A DNA stretch of 64,000 nucleotides from a virus. Taxonomy: Duplodnaviria > Caudoviricetes. The notes under the pieces are model-generated. The model was not told where the DNA came from. It saw only the letters and a list, made by a program, of their open reading frames with translations, and made no database searches. This document shows, one piece after another, positions 15,001 to 27,300 of this stretch (positions are counted from its first letter, which is position 1; each line of letters starts with the position of its first letter). Position numbers and translations under genes: made by a program. The stretch spans positions 96,884 to 160,883 of IMG/VR virus record IMGVR_UViG_3300021400_001615, one strand, 5' to 3'.

Positions 15001-15379
15001 TCGCAAATCTGATGGTGCGATCCTTCAACCGTTTAATTCCGGTGATATGGTATTCAATTCTAAGATGAGCGAAAATCTCTGGAAGATGGCGCAGATTCCA
15101 ACAGAAACGGTTAAAGCAATGGTAGCGAACCCAGACATGAGTAAGTTCAACATGCCTGGTATTACTGATAGAATTAATAAGACAGAAAATAACAATCAGC
15201 AGATTCATATTGATTCTCTCATCACTATCAATGGCAATGCTGATCAGCAGACGGTTGCTGACATTAAACAGATTGCAAGAGAACTTACTAACAGCAGAGA
15301 CTTTCAAAAGAATATGACAAATATGGTAACTAAAGAGATGACTCGTGAGGCTGTTAAAGCTGGATATCGAGGTAAATAA
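2..15379 (+). CDS. Tail tape measure protein; 5'-truncated by window edge, TAG=Gln, two exons (<2..11960 and 13776..15379), at least ~4,520 aa
   Basis: The fragments at 32, 731, 1259, 1715, 2519, 3560, 4010, 4748, 7199, 7595, 7976, 9320, 9614, 10616, 11015, 11609, 14141 and 14786 share one frame and break at TAG. Exceptions: 11609 runs into a TAA inside the intron and 14786 ends at the true TAA at 15379. The tape-measure core lies near 2519-3560 (VRELDTALTEMRKVS...TADWLRLG...IVDKLNLIGNNFAIS). The spliced junction reads KKAY|YDYDKSIK. Dit and Tal follow. Confidence 0.92.
11961..13775 (+). mobile_element. Group I intron (1,815 nt) in the tape measure gene, with a homing endonuclease ORF in the P8 loop
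   Basis: P1: exon AAGCGU pairs with GCGCUU, giving U.G at 11960. Conserved elements: P AAATTGCTGAAA (~11986), Q AATCAGCAGCC (~12078), R TCAGAGACTA (12110-12119), S AAGATATAGTCC (13695-13706). A perfect 16-bp P8 stem (12173-12188/13679-13694) brackets the ORF. Terminal G is at 13775, and removal restores the frame (T+AT=Tyr). Confidence 0.92.
12206..13672 (+). CDS. Intron-encoded homing endonuclease: Cys-rich Zn-binding repeats plus C-terminal Vsr/DUF559-like (EDxHD-type) nuclease, TAG=Gln, 488 aa
   Basis: AAAGGT RBS precedes ATG 12206. Repeated CxxC/CPxHG motifs. C-terminal SKGE...LPFDFY...IIEFDGI(TAG)HF...HD..KNNYC...IIRIPYW. In-frame TAGs at CP*C, LT*DEV and EFDGI*HF. Ends TAA 13672. Confidence 0.85.
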
Positions 15380-15388
15380 TATTTTTTT

Positions 15389-15423
15389 AGAGGGGTGCGT
15401 GTAACAGCGCACTCTTCTATTTT
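15389..15423 (+). terminator. Hairpin plus short U-tract after the tape measure gene
   Basis: AGAGGGGTGCG-loop-CGCACTCTTCT-ATTTT. Confidence 0.6.
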
Positions 15424-15446
15424 GTAAAGAAAGGAGGTGTTGGAGA

Positions 15447-16421
15447 ATGAGTGTCCATTACTTCGTATATGACGGAATATCTTCCGAAGACTTAAGTATT
15501 AATCCATACGAAAAAATGGAACTTGCATTCGGATATTTCAATGCATCGGAAGTACCTCTCAATATGGAGAGAACTCAAATTGCTGGTTAGATAAATAGAC
15601 ACAGGCTGAGAAATCGTGCAATGGGCGCACAGTGGTCGAATGTATTAGTGTTTGATATCAGTATTATTAAATCGCCGTGTTATCATGCCAACGAGGATCT
15701 TATATTTACTGAGGACGAGGTGGATTACATTAACAAATGGTTAACTTCACCGGAGTATCCCACTCTGCTTCATATTTACGAAGCCGATGAAGATTTTTAT
15801 CTGGATGATCCTATTACATATTCTAACTTGTTATATATGAAATATGATTATCACGGAATATTCACTAATGTAACGCCAATGTATGTTTCTGGGTAGATTG
15901 TCGGTCTTACTGCCACGTTTACGACAAATTCGCCGTTTGCGTGGACTGATGAAATTACCCATTCGTTTTCATGTCGTGGAACTACAGATATTTCTATTGA
16001 TGTCAATAGTTCAGAAAAATACGGGGATATATATCCTCTGATTAAGGTAACTGGAATTAATGTCGATGCGGAATCTTCTTCCAGAGAAAGAATTAAAATA
16101 ACAAATCAAAAGGATCTTGCGGTAGATATTTATTACGATCAATCAAATGGATATGAAACTACTTCTACCCCTCGTTCTCTTACATTGCAAGTACCACATA
16201 CAGATATTTATATAGATTGTGATAAGGCACGAATTTATGACATTATCAGTATACAGGCGCAAGGTTATCATCGCATTCTTGACTGGGACGATCTTGGTCT
16301 TACGGATGTGTCATATATTTATTGGCCAAGACTATTTAATGGTGAAAACCAGTGGACTGTTGAGGGCGATTGTGATCTGGAAATTACATACCGTGAACCG
16401 AGGAAGGTGGGTGCATATTAA
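15447..16421 (+). CDS. Distal tail (Dit)-like protein, TAG=Gln, 324 aa
   Basis: AGGAGG RBS. Joins fragments 15621 and 16185. Motifs INKWLT, LTATFTTNSPFAW and WPRLFNGEN...ITYREPRKVG. Sits directly after the tape measure gene. Confidence 0.8.
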
Positions 16422-19400
16422 TGGCAATCTACAAAGCCTTGGATAAGATGAAATTTGATTATACGAATATTCCGGCAAGTGTTCCATATCAGCGCATTAA
16501 TGCTACTGAAATTTATCTGGCAAAGCCGGGAAAACGTATTATTGGTAATTTAAATGGTATTGATGAGGAGTCTTGCCATCTTGAGATAAATTTTTAGAAC
16601 ACATCTGTTCTGGAATTTACCGTTAATAGAATTATTGATGGCGAAATTTCGAACCATTATGATCTCATCTCTCAGCACTATGAACTTTATGTGAAGGGAT
16701 TTGGCTGGTTCAAGATAAATGAAGAGCCTCAAGTTGATAATGATGGAACGAGTGAGACCAAGAGCGTCCGAGCCGAATCATTAGAAATCGAACTTCAGCA
16801 GTATGATCTGGTGTTGTTTGATATTAACACAGGTGAAAACTGGTCTAAGGAAATGATGGCTCCGGATAATACCTATACATATGTCGATGATTATAAACTT
16901 CAGTATGATAATGTCAAGTTCTACCGAGATCTGACGGATTGGGATAACCTTATAGCGCAATTCCCAGATGATGGTACTGAAGCAGATCTGATGAATTATG
17001 TTAGGGATGGTCAGCATAATTTCCTGCTTGACTCGTGGCGTTTCAAGCTTGATCTTGATGAATTTGAAAATGGGGTCAATAAAGCAGCTGAGGAATACAC
17101 GAAAGGTGGACTCAAGGATGCTGCCAAGAGCATTATCACTCGTTGGGAAATGAGTAAGACGCAAGGAAACGCATTCAATATGTTGATCGCATATCCTCAG
17201 ATTAAACAATATGTAAATTACATTGGTGTTGACACTACTTACACTGATGAAAATGGAGACGAACAGACTGTTACTATCAAGGAGATCTTGATTAGGGAAA
17301 GGAACAGATTCCACGCTCTCTCATTCCTCGATCTCGTACTTGAGGGTACTGGTTGGAAACCCGGTTATATTGATCCTAATTATAATGCTCAGTCCGAAGA
17401 TCCCGCCGAAAAAGAAAAACTTGCCGACAGGGTTGGTTATTTCCAAGTGGATTCTTAGGACGTTTATAGTTTTCTGACGCAGGAAGCTGCACCCTACTAC
17501 CGCTGTATCTTTGATTTTGATACAGAGACATGTACTGTCAATGCTTACAAGATGGAAACGGTTGGTAAGGACACGAATATCTTCCTGAGTTTTCATAATA
17601 TATAGAATTCGGTAACTAAAAGTTCTGATCGCCAATTCCACACGGTATACCATGTTGCCAATGGTACGGGTGATGACAGTATTGACATTCGACAAGCTAA
17701 CTTTGGTTGGGATTCAATTGAGGATCTTTCTTTCTTTATGAATCGGAAACATTTCCCGCAGTCTTTCATTGATCATTACAATGAATGGCTAGAATATAAG
17801 GAAGGTCACCGCCAGGAATACATGGATCTTGCTGTTGAATGGCGTGACGCTAATGATGTGATGAGTGAGATTTATAACCGTGTTCCGGTTGATAGTGCGA
17901 AAGGTACACAGTACTCCTCTTTCACTGTTACTGAACTTGAAGCTGAAAGGGCAAACTGTCTCGCACAGCTTCGTGGCTATCAGGCTATGCACGTTGACGA
18001 TGAGAATAAGTTTGATCTAAATGATCTGATGAATTCCCGGGACTGGGGACCATATCATACAATTGATACAGTTGTCCTCAGTACTCCTCATGATACTATC
18101 AATGTGGATGACGACAGCCAGCCAAAGACAGAGAATGCTCTCTGGGTAATGAACAATGATGCTACTGTTGGTAAGCTAATCAACGATCTGTATGATTTGA
18201 AAACCCAGATTGATAAAGAGAATGAGGAACTGGAACAGTTGTTGTTTGAGATTGATGTACTGGAACATGATACTATCCCATTCCTTCAGTAGAAGTTCAA
18301 TGAGGCGAAAGCGGCTTCAGATGCAGATCCTGATAATCAAGATAAAAAGGCTGCTATGACTACTGCACAGAACGATCTTAAATCTGCGCAAGACAGACTG
18401 GCATCCAAGCGTACACAGGTAAGTCCGAAGCAAAACAGTATTTCCTCTAAGGAATCTGAAATAAGATCTAAGGAACCTACCATTGAAACGCATTATAAGA
18501 ATAATAAATATGAAGGTATTATTGACGAAGACACCATCAAAACTGTTTTGATGTACTGCCTGTATGATAATAAGCTGGGAACGATTGATACTGAATTATT
18601 CAACCGTTGGTTAGTTAACATAAAGTCTATAGGTGATACCATAATAAAACGTGAATTTGATGATGACTATTTGTACGACTTCGCTGTTTATGGCCCCGCA
18701 TACGGCCTTAAAGAACTTGAGACGCAACTTAAATCGCTTGAGGATAAAGTTTAGACGGAAAAGTAGTATGCGTCCAAATCTGGGCAATCTGACGAGTACC
18801 ATAAAAAGCACAAGGATCTGTATGAAAAATATCTGGATGCTTATAATGAGTGTAAAACCGTATATGATACCAGAAAGGCTGAATATGAGGCTGCCGAGGC
18901 TGAGGTTAAGAGAATATCTGACGAGATGACGGCTTTGGCCAAGTCTGTTCAGTTGGAGAACTTCGTCGATAGTAAAGGTGTTAAATTTACCGAGAAGGAG
19001 TTAGAACTTCTTAAGAAATATTATATTCACACAGATTATGTAAATGACAACATTGTCATTACAGAAATGTTTACAAATAAATAGATCGTGGATGCTGAGT
19101 ATGATTTGATTAAGGATGCTTATGAGGAATTATACGCAGACTCTCATCCACAGTGGAGCTTTCAGACAACGCAGGATAATCTCCTGCTGATGCCCGAACT
19201 CCAGGATTGGCATGGTGAACTTGAGGTTGGTAATTTCATCCGTGTTGGATTTCGTGATGATGATCCGTATTACATTTTTAGTAGCAATGAAGATAATCAG
19301 GTGAAACTCAGACTGATTACAATTGGATTCAATCCATTTATGATTGAGCCGACCATTGATCTCACGTTTTCAAATATGATTCAGTATAAATCTAAGAGGA

Positions 19401-22400
19401 ACGACTTTGTTGAGATTATTGGCAGTGCTTCTGGAAGTAGCGGCAAGAATTAGATTACTGCAACTTATAATAGTTAGAGTAATGCTACTACTAATGTGAC
19501 CACAGATTTCATCATGCAGTTATTAAACAGCACAACATTCAATAATGGAATGGCAAACAATATTGCAGCCGGAATTGTTGGTGGTGGTGTTATTACTGAT
19601 GCTCTCAACAGCATGGATCTGTCGGTTGATCAGATTTCGGATTTGACAACCAGGCTGAGTGATCTTGCTGATGGATATCTGGATGCCAATCTGATTGTTA
19701 CTAAAATACTGAATGCTGAAGAAGCAAATATTCAGAGACTTATTACTAAGACGGTCAATGCTCAGTCTGTAATTGCCGGATTAGTAGATGCAGACTACGG
19801 TGATTTTGATAATCTCCATGCCGACTCTGCATTTATTGAAAAGTTCAAAAGTGATTATATCAATACTGCCTATATCGAGAGTGAGGTTGCTGATCTTGAT
19901 GTTGTTCATTCTCAGATAATTACTGCTGATAGTGCGTTCGTAAAAAGTCTTGAGGCACTTTCAACAAATGTGATTAATTCTACTGTTAACTCAGAATTTG
20001 TTGTCAATTTAGTTGCCAATCATCTCACCGCAAATCAGCTTGCTGCCGGTGATTTGGTTCTTACTGATGGCATGAGGATTGTATCTAATAATGAGAACGG
20101 AGGCAATGTATTATTCAATGGCTCCACTCTCCAGTTTTTAGATAGTGAGGGAAATGTTGGCATTCAAATTGGATACAATACAGAGTAGGATGCTACTCAT
20201 CCGCATATTGTTATTACGGATGATAATGGTTCGACTATTCTGACAAGTTCTGGTATTACTACTAATGCTGTTGCCGATTAGTTATTGGTCAACCGGATGT
20301 TTAAAGATAGTACAATTGAGAAGACAAAAATAAACTTCCCGATTTTTTAGCCCAATGATTATGGTGGCACTGATATTTATATACCACATGATCCAGAATC
20401 CGGTCAGGCTGGTCATGAGTATGTCAGCTTTATTAATGATTATCTTGGGGTTTCTCCGTATGTTGAATTAGACTAGCACAATATTGTTGTAACAGATCCG
20501 AATAATATTGTTCTTACTGCTACTACACATTTTGGCGCAGTCATTGATAGATGGGAAATAGATGCTCTTGGATATCATAACTCTGTGGAGACAACTTCTA
20601 CTACATATACAGTAGATCCGGAAATTATTAATGATTATATGTATGTTAGGGTTAGGGTTGTGTGCAAAAATGGATTAAGTGCTGATATAAGTGATACTGC
20701 TTTTATTACGCTGAATACTAGCGATAATTCTGTACGACAATATACGGAATACTGTCTGTATGATTCAAGTACTACAATTGATACATCTCAGGTAACTTGG
20801 TCAAAAGAAAGACCAGACCCAGACAGAAGCAATATAGATTCAATCGAAGATATTAATAATAACTTTATCTGGCAAAGGGATGTAATTGAGGAATACGAAG
20901 AAGTTTCCTCTAATGATAACGAGCAAACTACAGAGAGAATAATTTATCGCATTGAATTTGATCCGGTATGTTTTGTCGAGATTACAACAATGCAGTTTAT
21001 TATGGATAAAGCAAAAAGGTCCATTCTTAGCAGATTAGCTGATCAAACTACTGCTACTATAAATGATTCAATTACCAGATTGACAACACGAGAAAGTGTT
21101 ATGGAATAGACACTGGATGGTGTTAAGAGTGCTGTATCTCGTAGTGATGTTGATTATATTACTCTCCCAGATGGGACTCAAATTCAGACAGTTGCTAAGT
21201 CCGTCAACACTGTTGCAGAACAGACTGCGGATACGTTTAGTTGGATAATCCAAAGAGAAAGAGACGACGAAGTGATGAGCAAAACGAATTTTGTTCTTAC
21301 TCCAGACATGGCAAGTTTAGTCTCTAATCAATTGGTTATCACTGATCCAGATAATGATACATCCACTGTTATCTCAGGTGGTAAAATAAATGCAAATTCC
21401 ATCACTACTAATATGTTAACGTCAGACATTATTAAATCTTATGATTTTCTAAAGAGATCATCTTTGCAGGAAAATTAGCAATTTTCTCTCATCGGTTCTT
21501 TCTTAGACTTAGAAAATGGTAATTTTATAACTCCGTTTTTCGGTGTTATTAATGAAGCACCGGAGGGTTCGGGATTGACAGTCGGTGCTTATTTTGACGG
21601 TAACATTCACAGTATAACTGGTGAAATTGGTGGTTGGAATATTGTAAAAAATGCAATTTACAGCAATCAAGATAATAATTATATTTCTTTGCGTAACCCA
21701 TTTATTCCGGTAGTTAGAAAAGATTTTTCTGGCTATATTGCATCAACTTCTGGATGTGCTACTCGTATTACCAATCAAGGACTTGTAGTGACTATTACTG
21801 ATAATACAAATCCAAGTTTGAGACTTGTGTTTAATAGCACTAACATAGATGGTTTTTCAGATACGTCTGGACTTAAATTTAAAATAAGTGGAGTTAAGGA
21901 TCTTAATGCTGCATCAGATTATAACTATTATAAAGATGGAACAAATGTCCATGTTTCTGTTAACCCTCTAAATGAGGATAATGAGAATACGGCCATTTGC
22001 GGTTCTCCTAATCGTATTACTTTTGTTGAATATGATTCTGTAGAAACTGGAATAAGTATATTTTTCAAAACTCATTATCATACGCCTTTATTAAATGATG
22101 AATATATATTAAACGTTGTAGTATATGATGCTCATGGCGAAGAAATGCTTAATTTTAAGAATGATGTTTACATTGAAGATGAACTTACTATAGGTACTAA
22201 TCATGTATTAACTGTTACAACTCAAGTTGATGATGAAGCTACTACTCCATTCTATCTTACTAGCGATGGTTATCTCTATGCTCAGAATGCCAATATTAAA
22301 GGAAGCATTATAGCCGACACTGGATATATTGGTGGAACAAATGGATGGGTAATCGAAGAAAGTAAAATTAAGAGCAACGTTGCTGCCAATCAGCCCGGGT

Positions 22401-23884
22401 TTGCTATGTTGTCAACGAGTGATTTTACTCATGCTATTAATGGTGTTCAACGTACTGGATTAAGGTTTGCCATAGGTTAGAAATTTGGTGTTGCTAATGA
22501 TGGCACCGTATATGCTTCTGGCTCAATAAACGCAAGTGAATTGAATATATATAATGGCAGTAACACATATAATTTGTTAAATTATATTAAAGTAGATTCT
22601 GATGGATTAAAGATTATACATGATAATAATGTTGTTGCCACATATGGCTCAAATACCATTCTTGGTTCTGCTACTAATAATATAACGTTAACAGATAATT
22701 TTATAAATTTGAAGACTGATGGAATTGAAGTTGGCTACATTGCTCGTGGATATTTTTCCAAAGCGCCAAGTTAGTATGGTGTTACACTCAATTTGAATTA
22801 CGGAGCGGAAGATGGCAAGATACCCGCATACGTTGGCCTTGTTGCCAGAACTGCCGATGATACAAACGAGATGCGATGGGTTTATGTATAGCCGAATGCT
22901 TCAATACCAGATTATACTTCAGGTGCATTAAATGCCGGTGCAAATGTAGATATGAATAATTTTGATATTTCAGATGTTGGAAGTATATATGCGACTAATA
23001 TATATGCGACTAATATTTATCCTGGGCAAAACACTCAAAAATATATAGGTTATAATGAAAATGGATCTATTATATGTACTGGTCCATTAATGGCAAATAC
23101 AAGCGTACATTAGGAAAACGTTGCATTTTATGCTGGTGGGAATATGGCTTGTAGTGGTTATCTATTTGTTGGCAATGTAAATCATGCAAGTAGCGGACAT
23201 TATAAGCTTGATGTGAACGGCAATAGTTATATATCTGGTATTCTCGAAGTATCTGAAAGCATTTCATTACATGGAGATATAATTATTAATAGAGGCAATG
23301 GTAGATTAAGTCTCAATAATAATGACATTACGATAACTTCATTTACAGCATCCATGAAGCTTCATGCTATAGCTAGTGCTAATGATGATCCATCATTAAC
23401 TCCAGGGGCAAATGGAACATATTTATTGGGTGTAAATAGTGCTAAATGGAAAGCGGTTTATGCTACTAATGGAACAATTAATACATCCGACGAGAAAGAA
23501 AAGGATATTTATGGTGGAATAGAATACGCTAATGACCTCATTATGCAACTAGAACCTATTGAATATATGTGGAAATCCGGTCATCACAGAAGATATAGAA
23601 TGGGATTTAGCGCACAAAAAACGGCCAAGCTATGCCAAGACTTAGGGAAAAATCTTGCCTTGGTAACTGCATCATATAAACCGGAAAATAATGAAATTGA
23701 AAATAAAAAAGAATACTTCGGTGAGGATGTAGACGATGAACTTTTGTCGTGGGGTATGTCTCGTGATGAATTAATAGCACCAATGGTAAAAGTTCTTCAA
23801 TTATAGGACAAACGTATTACTCAACTTGAAAATGAAATTTAGGATTTAAAGGAGAAATTAAATTATGAAATTACAAAACATTAA
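16421..23884 (+). CDS. Tal/tail spike protein with C-terminal peptidase S74-type intramolecular chaperone, TAG=Gln, 2,487 aa
   Basis: TAATG-coupled to Dit. Ten same-frame fragments (16691 to 23144) break at TAG. Contains G.IGGW repeats. C-terminal TSDEKEKDI...LEPIEYMWK...MGFSAQ...LIAPMVKVLQ followed by a coiled coil. Ends TAA 23884. Confidence 0.85.
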
Positions 23885-24272
23885 TCTTATTAACTATAAC
23901 ACAACTCTTTCAAAATATGCTGACAAGCGACTTCCGCAGAAAATCAGCTACGCCATTACTAAAAATATGATCGTGATTAGTAATGAACTTGAAACATATC
24001 AACAGGCACTGAAAAAGATTCTTTCTAACTATGAGGAATATCAGGTTAAGAACGAAAAGGGTGAGGTTGAAAATCTCCCGATTGGTATTCCAAAAGTGGA
24101 CGAAGAACACCTCCAGGATTATCTGGGCGAGATCAACGATCTGCTCAATGTTGAGACTGAGGTGAATCTGCACACTATCCCAGAGGAAGCTTTTGATTAT
24201 CCGGATAACGACAGATATGATGCTATGACTGCTACGGATATCTTGACACTTCAGCAAATCCTGTGTGCATAA
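23865..24272 (+). CDS. Small conserved phage protein downstream of the spike (DUF1617-like)
   Basis: Intact 135-aa ORF with AAGGAG RBS and LPQKISYAITKN motif. No TAG. Confidence 0.6.
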   Translation: MKLQNINLINYNTTLSKYADKRLPQKISYAITKNMIVISNELETYQQALKKILSNYEEYQVKNEKGEVENLPIGIPKVDEEHLQDYLGEINDLLNVETEVNLHTIPEEAFDYPDNDRYDAMTATDILTLQQILCA

Positions 24273-24284
24273 TAACTCGATGAC

Positions 24285-24318
24285 GGCGGTATCACTTCGG
24301 TGATACTGCTCTTTTATT
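24285..24318 (+). terminator. Hairpin (UUCG loop) plus U-tract
   Basis: GGCGGTATCAC-TTCG-GTGATACTGCT-CTTTTATT. Confidence 0.7.
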
Positions 24319-24335
24319 CGAAAGGAAAATAAGGT

Positions 24336-27300
24336 ATGAATATAGTTGTTAAAGTTGTCGGTCAGAGACTTGAGATGGCAACTAATCTAAAAAACTTGGT
24401 CGCTGGGACTTAGCAGTTTATACGATTCATATTCAAGCTTCCCAGCGATTGGAATGGACTCACTGTTCATGCGTAGTTCATTTAGAATGATGAGGTTGTC
24501 AATGCTTATCAAGACACTCTTGACTCAGAAAATGCGATTTATTTACCGTCGGAAATTAAACCTGGGAATTGTATAATCGTATTATATGGCGAAGATAGTG
24601 GTGATGTACGTGCCGTAACAGACTATCTCAATATCTATCTGAGTAGCAATATGATTGTTGCTGATGCTCGTGAGATCCGCATGACTGATACTGTTTATAA
24701 TATGATTATTAAGGCGGTTACTGGTCAGGAACTCACTTCCGATCAGGTAGAAGCAATTATTAGCACTGATGTAGCTAATATCATGCAGAGGTATCTGGAT
24801 GAAGGTGTCTTTGCGGATATTATCATTGAAGATGGTTCTATTGCTAGGAAAAAGGTAGACGCAAATTTTGAAAATACTCTGAGGAAAGCTGATTCTGCTA
24901 TTCAGGCTGGAGATTCTGGTGTGATTACTCGCCCCATGGTTGATAGCGAAATTGAGGGGATTTTTAATAGAGTAGAAAATTGGGAAGTTAATATTGAGGA
25001 CGGCTCAATTACAAGGGCAAAGTTAGATGCAGATCTTGAGGCAACACTGGCTCATGCTGATAGTGCTATTACTCCATATGATGGAAGAGTTATCACTCTC
25101 AATATGTTAAATCAAACTGTTGAGAACATGATTAGAAAAGCAGACAATGCTTTAATGGATACTGACGAAAGTGTTGCAAAGTCTAATCTTGCTCAAGATG
25201 TACAGGCTAGTTTGGCAAAAGCTGATAGTGCTATGCAAGGCATTGGTCCAAAGGCAGTCTCACGAGGAATGCTTGATGACTCTCTTAATGCCATTGCTAC
25301 TAAAGCGGAAAACGCCAGTCAGACGATTGTCACTAATACTCTCCCATCATCTCCGGTTGAGGGTGCTGATTACATCCTTAATGAAGATGGTGTTTATATA
25401 TATTATAAATACATTGATGGTGCTTGGAAATTAATAGCAGGATCGCAGACGGTTATTGATACTCAGCTGCCGGATGAAGATGGTAATGCCAATACGGATT
25501 ATTATATCCTTAATGAAATGGGTACATATACTCATTACCGTTGGATTGACGGTGAATACAAACAGGTTGGCGGTGCTTCCACTACTATGGTAATTACCGA
25601 ATTCCCAGAAACACCGATTGAGAGCGTTGACTATATCTATGTACACAACGGTGAGTATGCTTACTATAAATACATTGATGGCGATTGGCGCAAAATTTCT
25701 GGTGCAAGCGGTGAAATTGTTGAACATGATGACGGTATTGACTATTACATGAATGGTACACCGCAGTCTCACAGTTTAGCACCGGAAGACTATATGGGCA
25801 AATACTATCTGGATCTGGATACGCTGATGGTTTACACGCCCGAAGAAGTTGAGGGTGAAGAAATTACCGAACCAATTGTCTGGTCTGGTTCGCAGCTGAT
25901 TGCAGAACCGAGCGACACCAAGGATTATTATATTCCATTTGAGAACGGTTTCCTGCATTACAGATATCATAATAATGCATTCCATCAGGTTGGTAGTGTT
26001 TCTTATACTAGGGAACAGATTGATGGATTTGTTAATGGTATTGGTAATCGAATCTCCGGCGTTGCGTCAGATGTATCAGAATTGGAAAGTAAGGTTAATA
26101 ATCTGTCCAACATGGTTAAGGATGTCACCATCAGCCAGGATAAGAAAACGCTGACGGTTACTTATGCTAATGATGCTACTTCCACGATTGAACTGGACAC
26201 TGGCATTGACATTGATACTACCAGATATAACGTGGATGACGATCATAAGCTGCACTTCTATGATTCCAATGGAAATGAACTTGAGGGTCTTGCCGTTGAA
26301 ATCACAGGTGCCGGTGGCGGTGGCGTAATCTCCGGTAGTGTTACTATTGGTCGTGTTTCACCGGCGAATATCCAGAACATTTTCGGCAATGAGTGCTTCA
26401 TTGATTATACGGTTATGGCGGTGGATGCAAGTGGCGAACGTGTTGGTGATGGTACTGGTACGTTGTATGTTAATAATGTTGCCGTGGCATCTGGATTCAC
26501 TGTCTATACATCCGAGGAAGGTGCTGATAACAGAATTGATATCAGTAACTATCTGTCAGTTGGCACTAATACCGTCAAGATCAGTGTAAGCGTGGATACT
26601 GGCGGTGAATCTAATACCGTTGCCACAAAGACATGGTCTGTTAATGCTATTAATATGTATCTGAATTGGGATTACACTGACAGTCAGATCAATACTTCTG
26701 CTGTTACTGATTACTACACACCTTATGGTGCGCTCAATAAGACTATTTACACGTTTATTGATGTAGAACCTGTTGGTTTCAATCCTAAGATCGTGGACGA
26801 ATTACCTAGCACTACTGACCAAGAATTTAATCCAGATGATGTTGTTGGTATTAACTATTTCGTAAGAAATGGTTCTAGCTACAGTCATTATGTGTATAGT
26901 ACAGATGAATCAGCTTTTGTGGCTGGCGTTGGCAGAGTTATTGATGTTAATTCCACTACTCGTTCTGGCGTTATGCAATCTCTCAGTATCCCGATGCAGA
27001 GCCATGGATCTCACGCTGTTGTTAGATTTATGACTGGTGACGTTAATGGTGAGACTATCTCTACAGCGACACAGGTACATGATATGGTATTTGTGGTTGC
27101 TGGCGAAACTGCCCCCATTGTTGCTACGTCATTCAATACTGCTTCGACCATTCAATATAATACTGTACAGATCCCGATTGTTGTCTATGATCCTAATCGT
27201 ACTACTACAACAGTTATTCTGTCGGAAAATGATCAGGTTGTATCTACGTGGAATGATGTTGATAGGACTGTACATTATTGGAACTATGCACCTACTACTG

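Noticed and set aside
22985-23014. 15-nt tandem duplication ATATATGCGACTAAT x2
   Set aside because: It is an in-frame IYATN duplication inside the spike gene, not an array.
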